DNA of 64,000 bases from Hamiltosporidium tvaerminnensis FI-OER-3-3. Its lineage: Eukaryota; Fungi; Microsporidia. Positions 40,343 through 51,200 of the stretch are shown one piece after another. The notes beneath the pieces are model-generated. The model did not search any database and had not been told where the DNA came from. It was given only the letters and a program-made list of their open reading frames with translations. The stretch covers positions 186,001 to 250,000 of the forward strand of contig JAKIMF020000001.1 of the NCBI GenBank assembly GCA_022605425.2. The letters are read 5' to 3'. Made by a program: the position numbers and the translations under genes. Within the stretch, counting starts at the first letter, position 1; each line of letters begins with the position of its first letter.

Positions 40343-42269
40343 TCACACTGTCTCCACATCTCCACGATCTTCCTGATAAAACAAATCTTCCACTGGCAAA
40401 TCAACACCTCTCAAAGCTTTAAGTTGATCACAATTATTAAGATGTTCATATTCCACCCTAAGAATAGTCCATAGAAACCTTCTCACAACTTCAAATAAGA
40501 TATAAAAATATTTATTTTCATAAAACCTACAAATAACCCAACTAAGTCTACCAATAACATCATATAAAGCAATAAAAAGATAAACAGAAATATTAAAAAG
40601 CCTTTTTTTACGTGTTAACCCCCAATCCACCTTAAAATCCCAATACAATGAATAAAGGGTGTTAAAATACCCTATAAAGTAAAACACCAAATATAAATAT
40701 GAATACCTTAAATAAAGCTTAGAAATTATAAAGAAAATAACACCTGTTAAATACTTACCTAAATTATATAAATGTAGGGTGTTATTCGTATCTAAATATC
40801 TTCTTATACATTGTAATATTCTAAAGGTAAGAAATATCAATGGAATATAAGAAGTATTAAAGATAAGAGACAAAGTCATGCTATAACTTAAAAGACAATC
40901 TGCAATATAAAAATGACAAAATTTTACAGAAAAAAAAGGTGAAGTAATCACCTTAAAAATTGCCATTAAAAAAAAATACCTCGTTTTTTTATATAGAAAA
41001 TTAACAGGTGTTATTATAATAAATATTAATATTATAGGAATAACAGGTATAGGTATGTTAATAAAGGGTTGTATATAATAAAGGGTGTTATTTACTAGAC
41101 ATAAAATACCTAATCAATAAAAGGTATTCACCTGTATTTATAGAAGAAGAAATGTCGTGTTGAAATATCAATTTATAATTTATAAATTTTAAATCAAAAA
41201 TTACCATATTTAACCCAAAAAGTAAAGAAGCTAAAATTAAGATATTTAAAGGTATCAGCAGGGGTAAAGATTTGCATGAAAGAAAAAATAGCGTTACCCC
41301 TAGGGTAAGGGACATACCACTCATAAAAGGTATTATTTGACTAGGCTGTTTTTCTTGAATAATACGTCTAAAAACACTTTTAGCTTTACTATTACTCTTA
41401 GCAAAATAAGACCTATAAACATTCTTTGACTGTTCTAAGGCTTTTTCTATATGTTTAGAGGTATTAAAATAAGACCCCTTTATTACAGGTAATAGTATAT
41501 CCTTTAAATTAACACCCATTTTTTTATCGAATTTTTTCAATATTTTTTGAAAACCCGTAAAATTTAAATCTTTATATTTTTTTATGGTGGAAAGCGTGGA
41601 AATAAAATCAATTAGGAGTTTCTCTCTTTTTCTATGGAGAGAGTGTTTTTTAAAGAAGGAATTTATTTTTAAGAAAGTAACAGGTGAGTCATTAGTATTA
41701 TTATTATTGTTTATGCATGGATTTAGGGTTAGGGAGGGGTTAGGAGAGTTGTTTATGCATGATTCTAGGGTTAGGTTAGGGTTAGAAACAATATTACACT
41801 CATTAATATTATTATTAATGTCAGTATCAGTATAATGGTTATTTATATTACTATCGTTGATATCAGTAATATTACTGTTATTTATATTACTATCGTTGAT
41901 ATCAGTAATATTACTGTTAAATACCTCGTTTATATTATTTTCTTTACCCTCAACACTACCCTTTACATTACTCTTATCTTTACTATCATTACACTTATCA
42001 CATGAACTCTCTTCATTTCTAAAAGGTTGTACTTCTAATATATCACTATGTGCATCACCAAGAACAGAAGAAAATACAATTTCTTTCTCTTCTAAAGCTC
42101 TTTTCTCAATAAAAATATAAAATTCATTTATACGGTTTAATTCATTTAATAAAGATTGTTTAAATATTTCTGGTTCCTTCTTTATTATTTCTTTTAGTTT
42201 TTGATATGCGATGTACCATTCTTTCCATTCGTTTGCTTGACATTTTAACAGTGTCTGTGTAAATTTCAT
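40343..42269 (-). CDS. SPX-EXS protein (SYG1/XPR1/PHO1-like phosphate exporter), one gene with a single +1 frameshift near 41112
   Basis: SPX motifs MKFTQTL...EWKEWYIAYQKLKEII and LNFTGFQKILKKFDK; EXS motifs FYIADCLLS, RILQCIRRY, YWDFKVDWGL, EVVRRFLWTILRVEYEHLNN. Shifting frame at ~41112 gives an open bridge GILCLVNNTLYYIQPFINIPIPVIPIILIFIIITPVNFLYKKTRYFFL running in frame into MAIFKV at 40966. Confidence 0.92.
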
Positions 42270-42278
42270 TTTTTAAAA

Positions 42279-42281
42279 GGG
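42279..42281 (-). promoter_or_regulatory. CCC start-proximal motif of SPX-EXS
   Basis: Minus strand reads TTACCCTTTTAAAAA-ATG. The block GGGTAAGCTATATTT is duplicated at 42355. Confidence 0.6.
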
Positions 42282-42652
42282 TAAGCTATATTTTAAGATA
42301 AGTAAGTTAAAAGTAGTTAGAAGAATTTATAGTGTAAGTTATAAGTAGTTAGAAGGGTAAGCTATATTTAAGAAAAGTAAGTTAAAAGGGAATTAAATGT
42401 AAGTTAAGTTTAAGTATAAAATGGTTAGAAGGGAACTGTAGATTATATGTAAATTAAATTAAAATTTTTAGATATATTGTTAATTATAGATTATTTATTA
42501 GATAAACTTTTAAATTTGATTAAAATATTTACGGTTGGAAAAAAAGTGAAAGAGGTGGTTTTTAAATTAAATGAGTTTGTGATTTTTAAAAAAAAAACGT
42601 TTTTTATGATGAAAACTGTACAATATTTTATTTTTAGAATGTATAGTATTTT

Positions 42653-42718
42653 AAGTGGTTAAAGAGGTAGAAGAAAACATGTAAAAAATGGTAAAAATAT
42701 TTTAAAGCAGAATTTTAT
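42653..42718 (+). mobile_element. Tiny 3'-terminal fragment of the R4/Dong-like element
   Basis: AAGTGGTTAAAGAGGTAGAAGAAAACATGTAAAAAATGGTAAAAATATTTTAA matches the reverse complement of ~46975-47026 (AAGTGGTCAAAGAGGTAGAAGAAAACATATAAAAATGGTAAAAATATTTTAA). Confidence 0.8.
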
Positions 42719-43639
42719 AGTATTTTAAAAATATTTTTTTTCTGTATTTTTCATAGTTTAATCTTCTTTGTCGCAATATTGAAATTTCTTAAAATTTTAT
42801 AGTTTTTATTGTCTGATTTGCGATTAAAATTGTATTATTGTGAATACGAGGTTCGATTTCCGTGTCTTTATTGTTTTAATATCTTCTTCTTTGATAGATA
42901 TTTATAATGGCGCATTGGATGTACGTGTCTCTCGGCTCATTGTATAACATAAAGAGATGTTTATTACTTGCAGTTATGCGTATTCTGTTTTGACTTAGAA
43001 TATATTGTTTATTAAAAGTAATTAATTTATATTTTTGTGCAGCGATTGGCTGTGTATATGCCTTAAGTATTATTATGTTTTAAATTAAACCCGCTGCTTA
43101 CTTTAATTTAATATAAACAAAGGCTAAAGCGCAGCAGAAATTTTCTGTGGTTTATTAAGCTATTAAGATGAGAGTTATTTCAAAACATATTTTTATTAAC
43201 GGTTTTTGGCGAAAAAGCATTTTTTAGGAAATTTAGGCGGAAATCTAAGAACTAATAGAAAAATATGTTACAAAAACAACTTAAACTTATAGAAATAAAA
43301 ATTCAAAGCAAAAAATTTAAAGAATTTTTTTTAACATTTCATTCACATTTCTTTCTGGTTTGTTTGCGCCATACTTTTAAAATTTTAATAAACTACTATT
43401 GTGTAATATATCTATAATAATGAATGTTTATCCATAAAAAAAAGGTAAGCCTTTCATCGACTTGAAGGAATAATACTACGATGCTTTCATACATAAATTT
43501 TTATAATTACATGTAATATTTATGTGGTTTAAATGGGGGTTTTATTTGTTTTGGGTAAGACAAATTTCTTCACAAAAATGATCATTAAGACAATCTTTTA
43601 TAGGTGCTGATGGAATGCAGAAATTTTTGTTCATTAGAT

Positions 43640-44204
43640 AATTTTTCTGATGAAGAGAAATTAACCACATTAAAAACTATATGCTTAGCAACGATTGTAT
43701 TGAAATGGTGTTAAAATCGTTGTTGCCGTTTTGGCGGGATATAAACCATACTGTATATATAAGCGAATGTCTTATAATCCCGAGTTATAACTGTTTTAAA
43801 GAAAACAAATATAAAACTTTCATTTCTTCATCCTCGACACCGAAAGATAAAAGGGAAATGGAATAAATATGTAAGTAACTACAGAATTTTAGAATTAAAG
43901 ATTTCTAAATGGCATGTTAGTGTTATAAAAAATATTAGAATAAAATGTAAAAAAAACCTAAGATAATGTTTCACGTAATTTCTAATAGAATAAGTAGAGC
44001 ATAGATAGCCGGATATATAGTCTTTTATACGATTTTATGGTTGCAAAACTAGTGTATCTTATTCGTTTCGTTAATAAATGCATTTTTTATTTTTGTTAGT
44101 ATAAATTATAAGAATCTCTAACGAGTCAGCATTTTTTCAATTGTGATGTTTTTTGATCAAGGATTGAAATTTTATTTGTTTTTCAATTGTATTTTATATT
44201 TCTT
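43640..44204 (+). repeat. Dispersed repeat B, copy 2
   Basis: Inverted, high-identity copy of 25803-26365. A further short diverged piece (ATAAAACTT...ATCCTCGACACC) lies at ~8000-8070. Confidence 0.92.
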
Positions 44205-45164
44205 GAAGACATATTTTATTTATTCGTATTATTATGAAAGTACGTAAAGTATTTTGAAATCAGGCTGTGATATTTTATAAACACTACCATAATAAAGCTC
44301 GAAGTAAAATTAAGTTGGCGGATAAATTTAATTTCTCATACCCAATAAATCTAAATCTTGCAAACAAATTAGAAGTAAATTTGTTTAAAAAATTCTATAA
44401 ATTTCAGTCCAGAAACGGGGAAACAGTCTCATGATAAAAACCAAAGTCAAAATTGGAATAAATAAGTAATACTTCACCAATTATAACAATCCGATTTTAA
44501 TTTCTGATTTAAGATGTAATTACTTTACGGGATTTACTTTAGTTTCGAATTGGGAATAGTTAGAACTACAAATTCTTTCTAGAATTGGTCTTTTTAATAG
44601 ATTTAATTCTGAATACCATCTTTTATTATAAAAAAAAATTTGGATATGACTACTTTATAATTTACAATTAAGAGACCAAGCATAAGCAACAAATAGTCCC
44701 TAACAGAACACAGAACTATTTATTATAATCAAAGAAATAAAACTCAGAGTTAAGACTAAATAATGTTGAAGTTCTTGATTAGTATAAAAAATTAAATATT
44801 TGAAGCTTAACTGCATAGACATATTATCAGTTTCTAAATACACTTAAAGACCAGAAAATATTAAACAAAGGAACAGTAAATAATTTCAAATTTTAAATGT
44901 AAACATAATAAACGAATTTACTCAAAACATAAAAGAAATTGCAAGTATAAAGAACACGTAAACAAAAATGGGAAATAAGTATAAATAACTCAAAAAGATA
45001 ACAGGCGATTAAACTAAATATTCAAATAATTCTGTTACATCTAATAGAAGGAATCTAAAATCAAAATTTAAAATGCTTACTTTATATCTTTTGAAGTATA
45101 TTTAGACCGAATATTTTAAAAAGTATTTGGAAATGTGTAAATGAAAATTAAAATAGAATAAGGA

Positions 45165-46923
45165 TCAATTTATTTTTACTAAAACCCAATCTTCCATAAT
45201 CTCACTATAAACCTTTTCTCTTGTATTTTTATCAAGAAACTTCTCGTAAGAATTTCTAAAAAAATTTAAAATATTTTTTTTAAATTTATTTTGTATCAGA
45301 TTAATAGTCCGAGCATCAATATCTTTAATAGTTTCTTCTGTTTTTTTAGAGTCACCTTTTAGGATTTCGCACATAGAATAAATTTCTCTTGAAAATTCAG
45401 TACTTCGCATAGATTTGTCAAAATCTTCAAGTAAAATAGCTAAATCAAAATGCTTATTTGTGCTTTTGAAAAGTTCTTCTATTTTTCTTAAAAATACTAA
45501 TAACTTTTGTGTTTCAGAAGTAATATCAAGATTTTTAAAATGAACAAATACCACAGCATACATTTGCCATGTGTCAGCGGTTTGAATCTTTGAGAGTCCA
45601 TATTCTCCAGAGTTTCATCATTTTTTTCCTTTTCGTTATTAATTTCATCTTTTTGCTTAAATCCTATCTTCTCATAGTATTTGTCCTTTCTTTAATTTGA
45701 GTTTTCATTTCTTCTGCAAATTCTTCATAGAACTCGTTTAAATTCAAAATACAGAAAATTTTCGACTTTCCTTGGTTTGGTTTCTTCTTTTCTTTTACTT
45801 CAAGCTTTTTTAAGAATTCGGTGAATTTGTTAGTGGCTACTTCTGTGTCACATAAACTATCTATTATATTAGAATCAGGTAGATCTTTTGAAGCCTTATA
45901 TTTGGAAAATACTGCTTTGTTCGGATTCATTGATATCTCGGTACTATATGATTTATTTGAGAGCTCAGTAGAAGTTTGATTCCCAAAGTATAAACACCCT
46001 TTTCGCGGTATTTGTAGCATTTATTTTGAGCACAGGTATCCAATATTGGGCTCTTGCGAGTATAATTCCTGATTTTTGAAATATTTCGAACTTTTAAGTA
46101 CTCTCAAGTTTAAATTTTTAAAAGATAAATCATCAATACTTTCCATTCTATATTTTGATTTAATAGGACTAAAAATCAATCTATTCGAAAACAAGTCAGT
46201 TCTATATTCCAGCTTTTTTTCATCATTATCCTCTAGAAATTTATAAAGATCTTCAAAGTTGGGAAAGTAACAGATTATATCGGCTATTAAATTACTAAAA
46301 CCTTGAAACAACATATTTATGACTAAATGATTCTCAGTAGATGTTTTTCTTTTAATAGCAGTTTCGAGGGTTTTTTTCGGTTCTTTTGAAGAACTTTGTG
46401 TTTGAATTTCGGCAATAGATAAAATTATTCTATTCTTATGAAAGCTTGCCCGCGAAACAAAATTATTATTAAAAGAAAATTCTAATAACTGATCGAAAAA
46501 CCAATTTCTCGTTTCACTATGCTTATATTCACCCAAGAACATTTGCTTACAATTAAAAATGTCTTTTTTTGCGAAAAAACTAATATCTTCAAAAAATTTT
46601 CTGAGCTTTGCTTAACCATCTGCCATTTTATCACATTCAGAAGCAATCTCTATTAACTGAGAAAATATTCTTTCCTCATAAGTATGTTAATTTAAATATC
46701 GATTGAATACTTTAGAAAAATAATCTGTTAAAACATCTAAATATTGTTGGTTAAATATTCTTTTTGATACGGATGAGTCAGTATCGTTATAAATCAAAAT
46801 ACTCAGTACATTTTTTTTGTATTCTGTTGCACTCGGTTTCTTTGATCGGTTCACCACTCTATTCCTTGATTTGTTTCCGCTATAAACTGCTAGAAATGAA
46901 ATTATAAGAAAAACTATTTTCAT
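45165..46923 (-). pseudogene. Decayed paralogue of the secreted-protein family
   Basis: MKIVFLIISFLAVYSG signal-like start. ILIYND, ETRNWFFDQLLEF, FQGFSNLIADIICYFPNFEDLYKFL, NKFTEFLKKL and ILNLNEFYEE align in order to 14594-16291. Split into four ORFs by frameshifts and an in-frame TAA at 46021-46023. Confidence 0.88.
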
Positions 46924-46959
46924 TTTTTTACAATTTCGATTTTTAGATTCATATTTATT

Positions 46960-47845
46960 TAATAAAAATCTGGGTTAAAATATTTTTACCATTTTTATAT
47001 GTTTTCTTCTACCTCTTTGACCACTTTTGTCTCTTCTTCCAAATCCGACTCTTCATTTATGTTATTGGTCGGTTCCTCTAAGGTGGTTCCTTCCGGTGAA
47101 ATAAGGGGTGTATTATTTTTTGGTTTAAAATTTTTTTTGCATCATCTTCCTCTGTTTTCGCTTCTTTTAAAGAGGGTATTGGTTCCTCATGCATCTCTGA
47201 TCTCATAATAACACCCATTGACGCTCTCTCCCAACTCTCTTCGGCATTTAGTCCTGACTCAAGTCCTCTTCGTCGATCAAAGGAAATTGTTTCGACCGTC
47301 TTCTTAAGTACTATAGACTGAATGTATGCTTCTACATTCATGGGTATTTTTAGTCTTTTAAGATGAGATTTATGGTATTTTGTCACAATACCGTCCCAGG
47401 TCATCACATAAGGGATTATCTCAACACTAAACTTATAAATAAGACCCAAATCATTGGCTAGCAGGTCATACTTCCTAAGTTTTTCAGTTTCAACTATTTG
47501 AAGTGAATCTTGGGAAGTGATTTCTACTTCAATGAGTATTATCTTATTCTTCTTCTTATCTAAAATAAATATGTCCGGTCTGTTATTCCGAAATTTAACA
47601 TCAGTTTTAATTCTGGTGTCCACTCTTATCTCTGCATACTCATTATCAAGAATTTCTTGAACTGAGTGACTCCTAATTCGTTTTGAGGACTTAAACTTAT
47701 ATCTATTTAGGAGAAGTAAGTGTAGGCATCTAACCGGTTCATTATGCCGTCTGGTATAGTCATGAACTAGCATTTTTTTTACATCGAGTTTCTAGATAAT
47801 TTACAGTTTTACCATATCTATTGCAGTGTTGGCTCATACCATCTA
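46960..47845 (-). mobile_element. 5'-truncated R4/Dong-like non-LTR retrotransposon (restriction-like endonuclease domain)
   Basis: Degenerate CCHC knuckle (QHCNRYGKTVNYLETRC) followed by YTRRHN, NNRPDIFILDK...IILIEV, EKLRKYDLLA and IIPYVMTWDG, the RLE PD-(D/E)xK signature of R2/R4-type elements (ORF 47078-47773). RT domain absent. Confidence 0.9.
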
Positions 47846-48213
47846 TTCTGATATTAAAATAGAAAGTAAAATATAATTACAAAACAAATATATAAAAGAG
47901 CTGATATGTAACAACCACCTAATATTATCAATGCAAACATAGAACAGCTTCTTAAACTACATTACATTAATAACCTAAATGTTCCCTCTCTATCCTCTTT
48001 CATCTCTGTTGACAAATTTTCATAGTAAATTTTTTTCAAACTTATTTTTCGATTTATTACAATTCAACTCTATAATTTCTTATATTTTTATTATTTTTTT
48101 ATTTCCTTTACTTTCTTCAGTTCTATTATTCCAATTTCCTATTCCGGTCCTCAAACTTCCATTTCTATTCTATTTATGAATACCAGGGTTCAAATTAATT
48201 TCATTTTAAAAAA

Positions 48214-48224
48214 CCCCTTCACAA
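48214..48224 (+). promoter_or_regulatory. CCC start-proximal motif of the dynein gene
   Basis: AAAACCCCTTCACAA-ATG; ends in CACAA-ATG like the 35721 gene. Confidence 0.65.
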
Positions 48225-51200
48225 ATGTCAAAACAAACAAACAACCTTAATTTTCTAAAAAAAGCATTTCCTTCATTTTTTACCAAAAATATGTTAAGAA
48301 AGCTACAAAACAAACTCATCGATCTAAACAAATTATCTAACACAAACACACATACTGACACAATATCTGACACAAACACACAACATAACAAAGATAATTT
48401 AAATGTAAATAATATTTATAAAAATATTTTAATAATTACAGAAAATGAAGAAATAAAAGATTTTAAAGGTATTTTGCCAGTAAACAGTTTTTTTATTTAT
48501 TTTGATGAAAATACTTTTATAACAATGAATACTGACACGCCTTTGTTTAATTCTGTTAAGAGTATAATACTAGGTGTTAATAATATAACACCTTTAGTAG
48601 AATGTGTAGAAGGGTGTTATTTTAATGAGGATACAAACTATGTAATTGATAGGTGTCAAAATAACAAAGATGTTGGTAAAGATGTGTTAAATGAAGTGTT
48701 AAAGGGTATAAATATAAGTACACCTAATTTTATTGAGAGCTGTCAAAATAACAAAGATGTTGGTAAAGATGTGTTAAATGAATTGTTAAAGGGTATAAAT
48801 ATAAGTACACCTAATTTTATTGAGAGCTGTCAAAACAGAAATGTAGCATTAGGAAAAGATACAAATATAAGTACACCTAGTTTAATTGATAGGTGTCAAA
48901 ATAACAAAAATATTTATAACAACACAGTAAAAGACTCAAATATAAGTACACCAAGTTTAATTGATAGCTGTCAAAATAACAATACACCTCTATCTAAAGA
49001 CATATATAAAAGTTCAGATATTAATACACTTAATTATATTGATAGCTGTCAAAAAGCCTATTTAAATATAAAAAATCTTTATGCTTGCATAAATGAAACT
49101 CGTACTTCTTTTCAAGAAGAAAAAATATTTTGGAAAAGATTTGAAAAAACAAATCAAATTCTGATTTCTCACTATAAACAACACATAGAACCCTTTATTC
49201 CCTTACTAGAGTCTAATAACCAATATATCCTTGCTAACTCACTCAAAACACATTTTAACACCTCTTATTACACCCTTCTTTCTAATACCTTTAACACCTT
49301 TTATTCTAAGATATCCTTTATTTGTACAACACCCTTCGATTTTTTTAAGACAATTTTAACCTTAAAAGATTCCTTATCACTAACACCTCTTATTATTAAG
49401 AAAAGTATAAAGGCTTCATTTAAAACCCTTTATTATCAATACACAACGTATACTTATAATAACATTAAGAAATAACACCCTTTATATTAAAAAGTCACTT
49501 AAGTACCTAAATAACACCCAACAGATATTATTAACACTTAACACCCTTTTAGATGAGAGACTTTCTATTAATTTTATTATAGAAATTTATCAGTCATTTT
49601 TAGAAAAAGATACTTTTATTTTACTTATATTTAAGACCCTTTATTTATTAACAAGAAATACCTATATAAATAACAGGGGGTTTAATAACTATAGTATTAT
49701 AGGGGGTGTTAATGATAAGGATAGTATGGTAGAGGGTGTTAATAATAAGGATATGATTGAGGGTGTTAACAATAGTACTAATACTTTACACCCCTTTAAT
49801 ACGCATACTGAATAAGCAACAGGGTGTTAGTGATACATCTATAAAACAACACCCTGTTAACAATACTACTAATACTTTACACCCCTTTTATACGCATACT
49901 GATAAACAACAGGGTGTTAACAATAATACTGATGAACAAGACCCTCTACTCTGTAAAGGTATTCTTAAATTATTTAAGAGGTTTAAATACAGTAAAGGTA
50001 AATTTATAATTGAAAATTATTTAACACTGAATTATTTACTTTATAAAAAATACAAATGTAAAGAAAAATACTGTTTAACTCATTTACTGTTATTTTCTTA
50101 TTCTTTTGAGATGAAAAAAGTAGAACGAAGAAATAACAGGGGTGTTAATGAAAAGGATATGTCAGAGGGTGTTAATAAGAACGATATATTAGAGGGTGTT
50201 AACAATACAGTTGGTAAACGAGAGGGTGTTAAATATCAAGATAATGAACAACACGGTGTTAACAACCATACTAATGAAAAACAGGGTGTTAACAACCATA
50301 CTAATGGACAACACGGTGTTAACAACCATACTAATGGACAACAGGGTGTTAACAACCATACTAATGAAAAACAGGGTGTTAATAATAAGAGGTATAGGAA
50401 TAACAAGAAAGATTATAATAATATAAAGAAAAGGGTGTTAAATAAGCTTACTTGTATATATATAGATAATATAAAGGGAATTATAAAGAAAAAAATATTT
50501 TGTAATAAAAAGGTGTGTTATGTGTTATCATGGGTGTTAAAGGATGAAGGTGTTAATACGGAAAGTTTAAAATATAGAATTTCTATTCTTCCCTTGTTAA
50601 GTAGTTATATATCCTATGGAGTAACAGAGGGTGTTAATGACAGTAAATGGGATATAAACAATATAAAGGGTAATGATAATATAGAGGGTGTTAATAATGA
50701 AGACAGTAATGCTAACACCCCTTTATCTACTTGTAATAGTATCCATTGTATTAACACCCCTTTATCTACTTGTAATAGTATCCATTGTATTAACACCTCT
50801 TTAACTACTACACTACATTCCTATATAAAAAGTAACAATAACACTAGAAGAATACATTTATTTGTAAATAAAATAATAAAAACTTTTTTTAAGAGAAATA
50901 CATTACTAGAAGTTAAAAGGGTGTTAGAAAAGGTAAATATAAATTATGATTGTAATTCTAAAATAGAAGAAATAATAAGAATATTACAGTATATCAAAGG
51001 GTGTTATGATTTAGAAGCTTTAATAGTAACAAATGAAAATAAAATAGAAATAAATTTTAATGAAAATTTATTTGAAATAAAACCTTTGATAGAAATAATT
51101 TTAAGTAATTTTACTTATAAAAGTAAAGTAGGGGTTATTGGTAGTGTGTTAGAGGGTGTTAGTGGGGTAAATGATAGTAGTAATGGTTATAGGGGTGTTA

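Noticed and set aside
42280-42430. Cluster of GTAAGT words (5' splice-site-like)
   Set aside because: On the strand opposite the adjacent gene and part of a local degenerate tandem duplication.
42845-42866. GGTTCGATTTCC resembling a tRNA T-loop/B-box
   Set aside because: The T-stem is imperfect and no D-arm, anticodon arm or acceptor stem can be built.
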